64,000 nt of DNA from NCBI RefSeq assembly GCF_006345805.1, contig NC_043012.1, positions 5,084,001 to 5,148,000 of the forward strand, written 5' to 3'. Numbering within the stretch: position 1 is the stretch's first letter; each line of letters begins with the position of its first letter. Below are positions 1 through 13,615 of this stretch, piece after piece. Made by a program: the position numbers and the translations under genes. The notes under the pieces were generated by a model that had not been told where the DNA came from, made no database searches, and saw only the letters and a program-made list of their open reading frames with translations. Origin of the DNA: Octopus sinensis (lineage: Eukaryota).

Positions 1-94
1 GACGTGCTTTCTGTTTTCAGAAAATCTTTACAGAATAAAGCCGTTTATTGAAAAAAAAAAGCCATACATTTACACATACGGATTCGTGGTCTCA

Positions 95-715
95 TACAAA
101 TATGCACACGCATACACACACACAGACGTAAACACATGCGCACACATAAACGCGCAAACAGACATATACGCAGCTGTACAAGCTCAAAGACACAAAAATC
201 CATGAAGACATTCATAGACACTTGTAATCGTACGTAAATTCACATGTTTTCCATGATTGCACGATTACATACATGTGTGTGTGAGCGAGTGTGGGTGTGT
301 GTATGTGTATGGGAGTGTGAATGTGGGAGTGTGTGTGGGACTCCCATGCATGTGTGTATTGTGTATGTGTGAGGGTGTGGTTATGAGTCTTTGTGTGTGT
401 GTGTCTCAATGTGTGCGTGTGAGTGTGTGGGTGAGTGCGTGAGTGTGTGTGTATGTATGTCTTTGTATAACTTTAATTAAAGAAAATTCTATAGGAAAGG
501 ATCTTTCAAAGTTGATATATATATGTATATATGAATGTAGCTATGTATCTATATATGTATGTATATATCTATCATCTATTATGTGTGTGTGTGTAAATAA
601 TATATATATCTGTGTGTGTGTGTGTATAAATATATATATATATATAAATATACATATATATATATATATTATATATATATATATATACTATATTATATGC
701 ATATATACATATATA

Positions 716-763
<48 letters not shown>

Positions 764-788
764 TTATATTATCTATATAATATCTATA

Positions 789-830
<42 letters not shown>

Positions 831-1000
831 CACATTATTTTAGTATATTTACAAACATACATGTATATGTGTTGTGTGAATGCATGTGTGCGCGCGCGAT
901 ATGTGTGTGCGTGTGTGTGTGTGTGTATGCATGCGCGTGCGCGCGATATGTGTATGTGCGTGAATAGATTTGTGAGTGTAAGCATCTGTGCATTTTATGT
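95..1000. repeat. Compound (CA)n/(TG)n/(TA)n microsatellite tract, representative of dozens of similar tracts across the window
   Basis: Direct reading; the HTHT/CVCV/IYIY ORFs are translations of these runs. Confidence 0.97.
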
Positions 1001-1513
1001 TACGGCTACCGACATAAGGAGACCAATAATTGCATCTAACTCTATTAATTTATTCTTATTTTCCATTTTCATAGAATTTCAAGACTATGAGCAGATTATC
1101 GCATTTATGTGTACATCTGCTTAATGTGCGAATTTTATGGACGCCGTAGCAAAGATATATATATATATATATATATACATGTATATATATATACATGTAT
1201 ATATATGTATACGTGTATATATATCTATATATATATATATATATGTATACATACATGTGTGTGTATGTATGTATAAGCTATATATACATAGATATGCACA
1301 TATGTTTATGTGAGTTTAATCATTTGGATCTTGATACGGTCATAAGCAAATGGGCAACCATGCGTGGAGACGAACATATAAACACAAATATAACTATGTG
1401 CATGCACACACACACACACATGCACGCATATATATATATAAATATTATATATATACATACATCTATATATACATGTATACACACACACACACACACATAT
1501 ATATATATTATCA

Positions 1514-1564
<51 letters not shown>

Positions 1565-2018
1565 TATACATATATATATGTATACACACACATATATGTA
1601 TATATGTATATGTATGATACATGCACATAGCAACATAAACTCAAGAAAGAAAATAAATATAAATCAAAGCAAGCAAAATCAAGCAATTTTTACGGATATA
1701 CACTCCATATTTCACCACCATTTTCTCGGACACCAAAGAAGGAAAACTTAATTAAACCAAAGACATTTTCCTATGCAAATATTTTAAATTTGCTATAACT
1801 ATATAACTGGTATTCACCTGAAGGATATTAACACACTTTCTTTAATATTTATCTTAATGTGTAGAGTACTTCGCTTTTATGTCTATGCTTCGAAACATCG
1901 CATTTTGTCGCACCAAACTTTCTTTCAATTATTGCAATAGCGGTGTAGGTTTTTATTGAAAAATATAGGTTTTTCCGACACGCCATCTCTTTCTTTTAAT
2001 CTTTGCTCTAGAATCTAC

Positions 2019-2050
<32 letters not shown>

Positions 2051-2462
2051 TTGTGTGTGTGTGTATACATATAAATAAATGTATATGTCCATATCTCCAT
2101 TATATGTATGATACACACACACACACACACACACACATACACACACACACACACACACATATGCATGTATAAATATATGCGTATAATGTGTATGATGTCT
2201 TCTTTAAAATTTCCAACGCCTAAAGTCCCTCGCTGTATTCATTCCTCTGCTAGAAATAGTAGCGAATTTTATTTCCTTATATGTTACCTTCCCAATTCTC
2301 ATTTCGGCTGTAAAACCGGGATTATTGCTATTTATATTAAGTTCTGCAGGCTTGAAACTGTTGTTAGTTAATCTTGTCTGATATGCACGATGAGTGATGA
2401 CACCATTATTCATGCAGGGACATTTCACCAGTGTCATTGCAGTGCTAATTATTGAAGTAAGT

Positions 2463-3080
2463 AAAGCGGTGAGTGGCAGAAACGTAAGTACGCCGGGCGT
2501 CTCTCTTTACGTTCTGAGTTCAAATTCCGCCGAGGTCGACTTTACCTTTCATTCTTTCGGGGTCGATAAGTTAATTACCAGTTGCGTATTAGGGTCGATC
2601 TAATCGACTGGCCCCCTACTTCAAAATTGCGGGTCTTCTGCCTTAGGCAGTGAGCTGGCAGAAACATTAGCACGCCGGGCGAAATGCTTTGTGGTATTTC
2701 GTCCGCCGCTGCGTTCTGAGTTCAAATTCCGCCGTGGTTGCCTTTACCTTTCATCCTTTCGGGTCGATAAATTAAGTACCAGTTACGCACTGGAGTCGAT
2801 GTAATCGACTTAATCCCTTTGTCTGTCCTTGTTTGTCCCCTGTATTTTTAGCCCCTTGTAGGCAATAACAAAATAAGAAACTTTAGCACGCTGGGCGAAA
2901 TGCTTAGCGGTGTTTCGTCTGTCTTCATGTTCTCAGTTCAAATTCCGCCGAGGTCGACTTTGCCTTTCATCCTTTCGGTGTCGCCAAATTAAGTACCAGT
3001 TGCATATTGATATCGTTTTAATCGACTGGGCCCCCTCCTCAAAAATTTCGGGTCCTATACCTAGAGTAGAAAAGAATTCT
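2463..3080 (+). mobile_element. Three head-to-tail copies of tRNA-derived SINE family A
   Basis: A-box-like TGGCAGAAAC and B-box GAGTTCAAATTCC, followed by the family core GAGGTCGACTTTGCCTTTCATCCTTTCGGGGTCGAT that recurs throughout the window. Confidence 0.9.
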
Positions 3081-3544
3081 GGAGGTAATTGGAACTTGTT
3101 ATTTTATATATCACAGATCCAGCTGTCGGCCGAGTTCCTACGAAATACGTATCACCTTCTTTTTCTTAGAAAAACAGCAACAAGAATGTTTGCACCTGTC
3201 TACTGGTTGTAGTGAAATTGATTGAAAGGCGGATTTCCTTCAAAGTTTTAAAGAGAAAAATGAGAGTTGCTAATCTCATTACAATTTCAGGAACCGTGCA
3301 TGTTTGATGGGCTGTAAAACTGGTTTAAATGAGGGGGTCAGAATTGGAAATATGTTGGTAAGATGTAGTAAGAAAAGGACATCAGCTCGAAGAGAAAGTC
3401 ATCGTGTTTCCAGCGTCTCTGAATCCTCCCTAGCTAGCAATGTCTATCAGTTTGTGTACGTTCGTGTTTATGCGTTATTTGTAACATGTATTCGTAATCT
3501 ACATTTAATATTGTACGACGAGAATAAGTCGAACAGATGGGCAA

Positions 3545-3965
3545 GGGCGCAGCCGTGGCTCTGTGGTTAGAAGCTTACTTGCCAACCACATAGTTCCGGG
3601 TTCTATTCAACTCTGTGGCATCTTCGGCATGTGTCTTTTACTATAGCCTCGAGTAGACCAAAGCATTGGGAGTGGATTTGGTATACGGAAACAGAAAGAA
3701 GCCCGTCGTGTGTGTGTGTGGTGTGTGTGTGTGTATGTGTGTGTGTGTGTGTGTGTCTTTGCCTTTCTGTCTGTGTTTCACTCTCACGACTGCCTGACAA
3801 CAAGCGTTGGTATTTTTGCATACCCTTAACTAGTGATTCGGCAAAAGAAATCGACAGAATAAGACCATACTTAAAAAAGAAGTACGATGATCGATTCATT
3901 CCACAAAATTTTCAAAGTGGTGCCCTAGCATGGCCGCAGTCTAATGACTGAAAAAAGTAAAAGAG
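3545..3965 (+). mobile_element. SINE family B (tRNA head, CORE-like segment, internal microsatellite), diverged copy
   Basis: Colinear with the well-preserved copies at 39451, 47087 and 51279; ends in GCATGGCCGCAGTC-AATGACTGAAA. Confidence 0.85.
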
Positions 3966-4550
3966 AGAAAAAAAATAATGCTCGTGCTAACACAGCCAAA
4001 TCAGTCGGCAAATTCTGAGAATCGGTAGAGCGAAGGAATCACATGCTGGCCACTGTATGTTCTGACCCTTTCATAAATATAACTTTACCTTCCATTCAGT
4101 CATTATGTTAACGAAAGAATAACACCAGGAGGTTGAAGTGGAGGGATTGTTAGCGCGTCAGACGGGATGCCTTGCTGTATTTCATCCAGATGTTTCTGTT
4201 TTGAGTTCATATGCCACCGACGTCTGTTACTGAATACTTCGTTGTGTGAACCGATGATCATGGATTCTTGATGAACCCGGAGATGACAGACTCAGCAACG
4301 TGTTGACGGAAAGATCTTGCTCGTCACCTCGATGTAATATAACGAGCTGGATTTGCACTAAAGTGGAATAGAAGCGAGGACACAAAACATATACATTAGA
4401 AGAACGATAATATCTCTGTTGACAATACCATTTACTTGGTGCCTAAAAGAGTTTTTGCTATCCTCATTTTGCTATATTAACATCCCATTATCTCTGTTTA
4501 TAAGTTTCCTTTCATTATTAAAGTAAAAACAAAATGAATACAAAGAAATA

Positions 4551-4610
<60 letters not shown>

Positions 4611-5391
4611 CACACACACACACACACACACACACACAAATAAAGCACTCTGAAAGCCAAGTACAACATGACTACCCAGCTCTCTTTTAGCTACCGAGAA
4701 CATTAAGGAATTTTTGTTCACCGTTTCATCAGATCTTTTTCCAACTTTTAATTCTGTTTTATCTTCCTATTATGCGAGACTTCTCTTTATTTCTTTCTCC
4801 ACATTTTTTCACTGCTATCTTTCCATCTTTGCCTATTTCCTTATACGTTTTTATTGAGGCTATTAGATATTCTTGTTGTTGTTATTGACGTTCTGGGTTG
4901 ATGTCGTTGTAATTGTGTACGGAGGAAAAAAAAAAAAGAAGCAAACATTAACATAAAAATAAATGTTGTACATATCTGAGTACTTTTTTATTTCATTTGC
5001 TAAAGGTTGTTAAGCTGGTCTCATTCTACAAACACAAAGTACGCTGAATAGGGTGTAGACTGTCCGACTATACATGATGTATGTATATATGCACGCGCAC
5101 ATACATACACACAAACATGAATATATATCTCTCTGTCTAGCTTCTTTTCTTTCTATCGTTCATTCTTTCATTCTTTCGTTCTATCTTTTTCCCATACATT
5201 CATACATACAAATATATATATATATATATATGTATGAATGTATGTATGTACGTATAAGTATATGTATGTATCTATATGTATGTATATATATATACTATAT
5301 ATGTGTGTGTGCCGTATGTAATTATGTATGTATATATATATATGCATGTATATATATATATGTCTGTATATATGCATGTATATATACATAC

Positions 5392-5423
<32 letters not shown>

Positions 5424-5513
5424 TATATATATTATATATATATATATATACATATATGTGTTTTCTATGTATAGATAGATGCACAGATAGACAGACATAC
5501 AAAGAAGATAGCT

Positions 5514-5514
<1 letters not shown>

Positions 5515-5603
<89 letters not shown>
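5515..5603. repeat. (TAGA)n tetranucleotide array
   Basis: Direct reading. Confidence 0.97.
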
Positions 5604-6054
5604 GTGCCTATACAGAGGCAAACGAAGGTGTAGAGTATTACATAGCCAATTAAGTTGCAGAAGAAGATGGTTACAATCATGTGACATAAGATATTTGTAA
5701 GTTGTTGTCGAAAATTGATATAAGAATATTCTAAGATGTAGTTGCTGTATTTTGAACATCACAAGAGAATCCATGTTTGCTTTTTGGCACCGGTCAAACC
5801 AAAATAATTATTTGACGGAATAAAAATGGTTTTTATAGATGGAGAGACGGGGTGGTGCGGTGCAAGTTGAAAGATTGCCATTTTTATTATGAATATTATT
5901 TTCAATACTGGAAAAAATTCTTTGCGTTCATATGACTTATTGAAGTCGGAATTGACTACAAAGACGATGATGGTAAGTCTGATGAGGATTACGGTAAAAG
6001 TGATGTTGTTATTGTTGTTGGTGACGACAATATGACGATGATGCTGCTGCTGTT

Positions 6055-6091
6055 GATAATAATAATAATATTAATAATAATAATGATGATG

Positions 6092-6148
<57 letters not shown>

Positions 6149-6175
6149 TAATAATAATAATGATGATAATAATAA
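6055..6175. repeat. (TAA)n array
   Basis: Direct reading. Confidence 0.97.
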
Positions 6176-6448
6176 ATGGAAGTGGAAGAAGAAGAAATTG
6201 TTTATATGGTTCATCGCAATATAAAATTTATATAAAAAGCATTAGAAACTATATGCATATTACAATAGGGTGTATGTATGTGTGTGTATATATATATAAT
6301 ATATATAGATATATATATATATATATATATACTATATATACATATGTATATATATAAGATATATATGCATGTATATATAATATATATAATGCATATTATA
6401 TATATATATAATATATATATAGTAAGATAGATAATATATATATATATC

Positions 6449-6499
<51 letters not shown>

Positions 6500-6649
6500 A
6501 TATATATTATATATATTGAATCCAAAGAAAGAAGAAGAAGCATGAAAAAACAACAACCTATTATCAATGTATATATACTGTTGTGTCTGAGGAGATTCAT
6601 TCTCTTTGAAAGGGTTGCAGGACGCAACGAAAATTTTAGAAAATTAGAG

Positions 6650-7345
6650 AAGGATACGAGTGGAAACTTTACCGGTGAGTGTGTTACGTAATAAGGCACT
6701 AACAGAGATAGACTCTCCGCAGACAGAACAAAATATGCTTCAACACACGAATTCACATACAGAATCTTGCAAACCAATATCCAAAACAAACGTCAAAAAA
6801 CATCTGAACATGAGAGCTTCCTCCTTCAGAAAACATCTAGACAGATGCCGGATCACCGACAAAAGCATAACAGTCACAATTGTGGCGAATGAAAGAAAGT
6901 TGGGGAATTTAAGAATAAAGGAAGCTATACTCATACACAGACTAAGGCCCCTATGTAACTACAGACTGGAGGCTGGTAATCAATACATGATTTAGATACA
7001 TCTGGATGCGTGTATGTTCATTTTTGATAATATGCTCATCTGTAGTTTATAATCAAAAATGAAGAAAATGAAAAAAAAAGAAGGGAATAAGAAGATGCAC
7101 GTATAATACGTAACTTAGAAGCAGCGACGCTCGTACGGATGTACCAGCACATGGCCCGCCCTCACACACACTTCTCATGAGGAATTGTGGAAGGGCAATC
7201 GTGAGACCACTGCAGAGACACTTCCCCAAAAAAGAACAGAAAAGAAAGGCGGGGTAGAACCGATTATAGCAGCGATTCCATCTAAGAAATCTGAAAAAGG
7301 AATATTATTCCGAAATATCATATCAGACTATAGATGACTAATTAC
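6650..7345 (+). mobile_element. Penelope-like element remnant: C-terminal GIY-YIG endonuclease region plus downstream terminal repeat
   Basis: ORF 6660-6995 reads ESCKPI..VKKHL..ASSFRKHL..C..ITVTIVANE..LRIKEAILI...PLCN, matching the PLE GIY-YIG C-terminal pattern; the YIG motif itself is decayed; a hammerhead-like motif lies about 290 nt downstream. Confidence 0.7.
7279..7336 (+). ncRNA. Decayed type-I hammerhead ribozyme motif
   Basis: CTGAAAA-A-GGAAT(att)ATTCC-GAAA-TATCATA-TC; flanks CATCTA and TAGATG are complementary; C3:G8 pair broken. Confidence 0.5.
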
Positions 7346-7416
7346 AACAAGTATATAGTCCATCATGTCTTATTATAGTGCATTGTTGTACAATCAAAAC
7401 TTTTTTATTTTTTTAC

Positions 7417-7516
7417 NNNNNNNNNNNNNNNNNNNNNNNNNNNNNNNNNNNNNNNNNNNNNNNNNNNNNNNNNNNNNNNNNNNNNNNNNNNNNNNNNNNN
7501 NNNNNNNNNNNNNNNN
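7417..7516. other. Assembly gap (100 N)
   Basis: Run of 100 N; true size unknown. Confidence 0.99.
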
Positions 7517-7859
7517 AGTTATACACACACACACACACACTGATATATATATATATATGTATACATATATATATATATATATGTATATGTGTTTATATAT
7601 ATATAATATTACACACATATATATATACAAAGAGAGCTGTATGCATTTTTATTTCTTAGTAAGTTTTCCGCCTATGAGAATTTTGCTTCGAGAACTCTAT
7701 CTCTCAGCAGGCGGTGTACGCGAAACTGAATATCTCTATACACGCACACGTGTACACACTTACGCATGCACGTATATATATGTACATATTTGTGTGTATG
7801 TACTTACATAAATATATTGTCTAAATACATATCTCTATATATACTTAATTATATATATG

Positions 7860-7901
<42 letters not shown>

Positions 7902-8067
7902 TACATATATATATTCATATATATATATATATATATATATATCTATCTATATATATAATATATATATATATATAGATATATAGAGAGAGAGAGAAGAGAG
8001 AAAGGGGGAGAGACATAGATGCATACATATGCATATATATATGTATGCATATATGTGTATGTATATA

Positions 8068-8100
<33 letters not shown>

Positions 8101-8816
8101 AAGTATAAGATATGTAAACTTTGCAGTCATCTCCTCGGCATGTAAATCATCAGTTATGAAAGCTTCTTCCTGGACTCTATTTGACATTTGATTTGCGATT
8201 TGTACGTTGCATCTGACCTCTATGTAAATAAATATCTTGCGTGTCAGATTAAATTTATCCAGTCACATATATAGTCTATAAGACATACAGATAAAGACAA
8301 TATATAAGTATTTATACATCCGTACGCACATATATATGTATATACGTACGAACATGCAAATCTAAACAGTATACACAAGCTCTGTAACGGACATTCTATA
8401 AGAATGTTTGAAGCCACTGGTAGTCTAAAGGAGCAAAAAAAAAATCAGTTTAGCCAGCTGGAAGGATTGAAATCCTTCAACATATCCACCGCAAATATGT
8501 TAGACACATGTATTTAATGACATAGTATACGAGAAATATACAAACAAAATGAAAAAGAAAGATGTAAGAGGATGCAGGTTCACGAATTTTCCCATTCACC
8601 GGCGAGAAAGGTTTGGTAACACTCTGGATGGAACTTGGATCATTTGTGTGTTAGGCCTTCTGGAAAAACTGTGAAGGGTTTTTACTCTTCTTATTGCAAC
8701 AAATAGCCAAACGATTCATTTGTTTCGTGAGTGTATCACAATATTCTCACTGGATTGTTGTAACAAGAATATAAAGGATTTATGGTTAACAGAATTCTTC
8801 GTTTAGAAAGAGCCTA

Positions 8817-9086
8817 ATATATAAATAAAAATAAATACGCCCTTTTTAAAGCCTAGCCAAGCTCATGGGCCCAGTTTACCGGTTTCTATGGCGTATGTGT
8901 TCCCCAGCTGAACGGGACGCCAGTCCATCACAGCGTTACTCACTTTTACCAGCTGAGTGGACTGGAGCAACGTGAAATGAAGTGGTTTGCTCAAGAACAC
9001 AAGGCGCCGCCCGGTCCAGGAATCGAAACCACAATCTTACGATCATGATGCTGACACCCTAACCACTAAGCCACGCGCCTCCACTT
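8817..9086 (-). mobile_element. SINE family C, full length, with 11-bp target site duplication
   Basis: Minus strand GGAGGCGCGTGGCTTAGTGG (A box), GTTTCGATTCC (B box), central TTGTGTTCTTGAGCAA..GATGGACTGGCGTCCCG, AT-rich tail; GAAAGAGCCTA at 8806-8816 and 9087-9097. Confidence 0.9.
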
Positions 9087-10545
9087 GAAAGAGCCTATCA
9101 CTTCTAAAGTGTTTGCAGTATATATTCTGAGACCAACATCTGACTTTCTGAATTGGTCTCTAAGTGTACTTAAAGAGCTCAATGTAATAACATTGAAAAT
9201 GTTGAATGTTACAGGAAATTGCAACACCTGTTGAGGCAGAGTCTCATTATAGTTACCTTAGAATGTGGGCGGCCATTGGTTGAAATCTGTAATAAAATCA
9301 TATAAAGTTGTAACACTTAGACATCATCTTCAGCTGAGGGAAAAAAGCTAAGAAAATTTCCCGATCAACTTTATGAACAGGAAAACAAAAACATCATTAC
9401 GACAGGGACATGATATAAAAGCTGATAGGATCTCTCTTTAAGTTACTTTGGAGAATCATACTAGGAAATAAAATGAGAATCAAAAATAGTACAGAAGTTC
9501 ACTGAGAAGATTATATATGCTTACTTCAAATGATAGAGACAGACTAATAAAATGTCCAAAAACCTTAACGAGATGACTCTTTCCTGTCTGGTGTAAACCA
9601 TGGCAAAGTTGTTTGTAGGAGATCAGTATCTGCTCATGCTGCAAAGTCTTCTTTTCCTATCCAACCAATGTTGTAAAAGGAAAATGCAGAGGCGATACGG
9701 CTTCTTCCCAATATTGTTGTAGGCCAACTCAGAACATAAAGAACGAAAAGAAATATTGTACGGCATTTTATGCGATGCCTTTCACAGCTTATGCACAGGC
9801 CAGATCCACAGACCAGCTACGAAATTATACAAAGCATACATAAATAAATATGTAAAGGAAATGCAAACTGGATTTGGGAGGGGCCCAGTTTATTGCCAAG
9901 AGTTTTTTAACTCCTGAATTGTATATTGTATAACTATATGAAAATTCAATTTCGGAACAACCAAACACATTTACAACACCTTGCTAAAATCATTATTTTT
10001 CGTACTTGTCTCAGCTCAGCCAAATGAACTCAAAGGCATAAGGCAGAAGCAATGATATTGATATCCGCAATCATTATTCTGGAATGTACAACACCAAGAC
10101 GTAAAACAGAATCTTGCTTGATTGCCTCCCTTGTTGACACCACCGGATTCTTCTAGCATAGAGAAATAGACTCGGCTGCAAAGAGATGTCAAAATGTTCA
10201 GACACTCATACTACATCCTATACGATTCAATAATGCAAGATGGGATGGTTCCAACACTACAGGTGAGGATCGACATAGTATAACAAAAAAAATGGATATG
10301 TTGGCCACATCTTACCTCACGACCATCTTCCGGAGCGAACTGAGGATAACACAACAATAACAAGTTAAAGCTTGAAACGCGCGTGAAAATGACTATCCCG
10401 ATATGCACATATATACATAGATGTGTGCATGCATATACACACACACACCAGCCAAATGACCTAATTTCTACACAATATGCATAAATGCATGCATACATGT
10501 TATTCTATCTGTAAATCAATCTATTTTTCTGTCTTCCTTGATTTG

Positions 10546-10576
<31 letters not shown>

Positions 10577-11425
10577 TTATCTTTATATTATCTCCCTCCT
10601 ATCTCTCTCTCTCTCTCTCTCTTTATCTTCCTCTCTCCCTCTCTCTCTCTGTCTATCTATCTATCAATCTATCTAAATAACTGTGTATTTGGTTTTATTT
10701 CTGATATTCTGTCTGGTTGTCCGCTTGGCTGCCTGGCAGCTTACAAATATAACTGTTGGCGCCAATCTGCAGCGGATATGTGCTCACACATGTCTTCCGA
10801 TGTGAAGAAAAATTGTGTTATTACATTCGCCGAACGACTGCAACGGATTAATTAAGCTTGATTAAATTTATAAATTAATATTCAAAAATGGAACATAATT
10901 AAAAGAGAAAGAGAAAAGGGAAAAAACATATTGTGAAATAATTAAGCAAATTGCTCGATTTAAAAACATTTTCTTTCATAATTATAAAGATTATTCTAAT
11001 TATCTTTTTTGTTACTGCATTGCAAAGTTTTCTGCTTTTTAGTTCATTTATAAATTCATTTTTCGCTTTGTGTTTGAAATGCTAAACAGAAATATAATTG
11101 CATTTAAACAACAATAATATAACTCTATTCGTTCCTTTTTAACAAGAAAAGTGTGTTTTATGCTCTAAAAGAAAAATGCTATCAGAAAGTAAGAAAGGAT
11201 TCGTCACCGTTTTCTACGATGACTGTTTCATTTGTTCCATAAACACAAATAACAATTACTGGATTTTAGTTTATTTGTCTAAGTATTCCAAAGATAGAGT
11301 TGATGTAACTCTTTACATATGAACGCTACAAAATGACGCAGTCGATTACGGAATTTATGAATGCAATCCGAATACTTATGCGTGTGTGTGTGAGTATACG
11401 TATGTATGAACGTCTGTACACACAC

Positions 11426-11499
<74 letters not shown>

Positions 11500-11504
11500 G
11501 CGTC

Positions 11505-11736
<232 letters not shown>

Positions 11737-12093
11737 CTATCTCTTGCCCAGTGTACTGCATAATAAAATAACACTTAACCAAGTAACTGCATCCCGGGTA
11801 TCTTGACCTTACAGGCATGCCAAACCCACCTAGCTGTCGGAAATCTGACAGATACAATTTCATACGCACACACACACACACACACACACCACTGCAGACT
11901 AAGTTGTATCTACAAATCATAATGTATTGATTCTTTACAATCCAGAAGAGATTAAGATATGACGATAATCTCTTATCTGTTTTGTAATCTGTGCTATCAG
12001 AAAGCCATGACTTTCTCTAATTCAGTTGGTTGTAAGGGTGTTAAAGTTTTGTAGTTGGTGCGATTCGTATTGGTAAACAAGCTCCATCATATA

Positions 12094-13333
12094 CAGGATG
12101 CATAAGATATTTGAGGACAAATTTATGTTTATAAAAAAAAAACAATAGATATATAATAACAGATAACTTTATTTCTCAAAAGATTTTTATGAGGATAAAA
12201 ATAACTTGTCTTTTCTATAATGTTATTCAATAAAGCCACCTTCAGCTTCCACAACTACTTCTATATGAAATCTAAATGGTCTACATGCTCCAATCAAGTG
12301 CTCCTGGTTCATTTTGAACAGTACTCTGTCTATGGCAGCTTTCAAAGAATCTTTGGTGTTCATAGAGCTCGCTCTCAACAACGCTCTACATGTAATAGTC
12401 CAATGGATTGAGATCTAGAGAATTAGGAGGCCAAATGTTAGGAGTTATGTGATTATGAAAATTTTAAGCCATCCATTCCTGTTACTAGAGCCATGTGTGA
12501 GAGTGCAGAGTCTTACTGAAACACATATGGCATTCCATTGCATACACTGTCTATCCAGGGCTTAATTATTTCCAAGACCTTAATCTAGGCTGCAGAGTTA
12601 ACTCTAAAGCCTTGTGGAAAAATGTAAGGAGGCATCACATGTCTTTCATTGCTGACAACTCCTAAAATTATGACAGTTGCAAGAAATTCTGTACGCATAA
12701 CACATGGAAAAGAACGGTCTGCACATAACCATCTGTCATTTCTTCTGTTAATTTTGTGATATTGGTGGACGTTTTTCTCATTTGAGGAAAACTAACTCAA
12801 ATTTTCTTCTGCTGGATTTTTCAGTTTGTTTGAGAGACTTTTAGATGTGATGTAGTGATTTTCTTTAGCTTTTTCTGACAAAATGACCTTTCCTCATCAT
12901 ATAAGACTTATATCTGATGTCTTCGTGGACAACATATGTCTGACTGTTCCTTCTGATACATGAAAATCTTTTGGAATTGACCTCATCGACTTTCTGGGAT
13001 TGTAATCAATGGTCTGTTGAACTTGCTGGATACATCCAGGTGTTCTGATCAATTCAGAGCATTTAGAATGCTTTTTATGCTTTGATACTGATGATATGTT
13101 ACCATCTTTAGTCTCTAGCTCCTTATAAACTTTGGCAACTTTTAAAAATCGAGATATTTCTAAATAAAGGCTATGCTCAGCCTTTATAACCACAATAACA
13201 GCATACCTCTTCATTTCTTGTATAAGCTGAGAGTCTGCCTTTATCATTTTCTGAAACAAAGATTATACAGAGTTAGCAAAAAATGCAGCAAGGACCCGAA
13301 AAACGTATGTCCTTAAATACCTTACGCACACTC
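12094..13333 (-). mobile_element. Tc1/mariner element, DD37D (maT-type), transposase pseudogene with both TIRs
   Basis: Left CAGGATGCATAAGATATTTGAGGACA matches the reverse complement of right TGTCCTTAAATACCTTACGCACACTC; TA flanks; minus translation PYVFQ*DSALSH..WMA*NFHNHITPNIWPPNSLDLNPLD gives 37 residues between D2 and D3 after correcting a 2-nt deletion. Confidence 0.85.
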
Positions 13334-13464
13334 TATATATGTATATATCTATGAGTGTGTGTGTCTTTGTGATTGTGTTTGTCCCCCCACCACTACCACC
13401 GCTTGAGAATGTTTTATTGATATATAGACGTTATATATAATATACTGTTATCTTCTATTAGGTA

Positions 13465-13615
13465 ACTGATGTAATCATTTTCTTTTGCTTTTTCTAACAT
13501 AAACTGACCTTTCCTCATCATATAAGATTTATATCTGATGTCTTCGTGACCAACATAGCAGACTCTTCCTTCTGACGTATGAAAATCTTTTGCAATTGAC
13601 CTCATGAACTTTCTG
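13465..13615 (-). mobile_element. Internal fragment of the same maT-type family
   Basis: Diverged copy of about 12860-13000 (TGACCTTTCCTCATCATATAAGA..TATCTGATGTCTTCGTG). Confidence 0.8.

Noticed and set aside
212-1751. IYIY, CVCV, HTHT, YYYY, NNNN and similar ORFs here and throughout, including the 274-aa ORF at 47468-48292
   Set aside because: Stop-free translations of microsatellites, open in several frames and on both strands.
2463-2700. tRNA genes suggested by A and B boxes
   Set aside because: No cloverleaf; the boxes are SINE heads followed by family cores.
9240-9278. Shuffled resemblance to the LSU rRNA homing-endonuclease/R2 target region (CTAAGGTA, TAACTATAA, GACTCT on the minus strand)
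   Set aside because: Blocks are in the wrong order and no rRNA homology flanks them; treated as chance.
10157-10262. Plus-strand open segment HREIDSAAKRCQNVQTLIL ending at CAG|GTGAGG, vaguely LRR-like
   Set aside because: Single short segment, no partner exons, resemblance too weak.
9257-10339. Minus-strand microexon candidates 9257-9286 (30 nt) and 10316-10339 (24 nt), plus 47822-47849 (28 nt)
   Set aside because: Good-looking splice sites, but such pairs are expected by chance in 64 kb of AT-rich DNA and the peptides are unrecognisable; only junction reads could rescue them.
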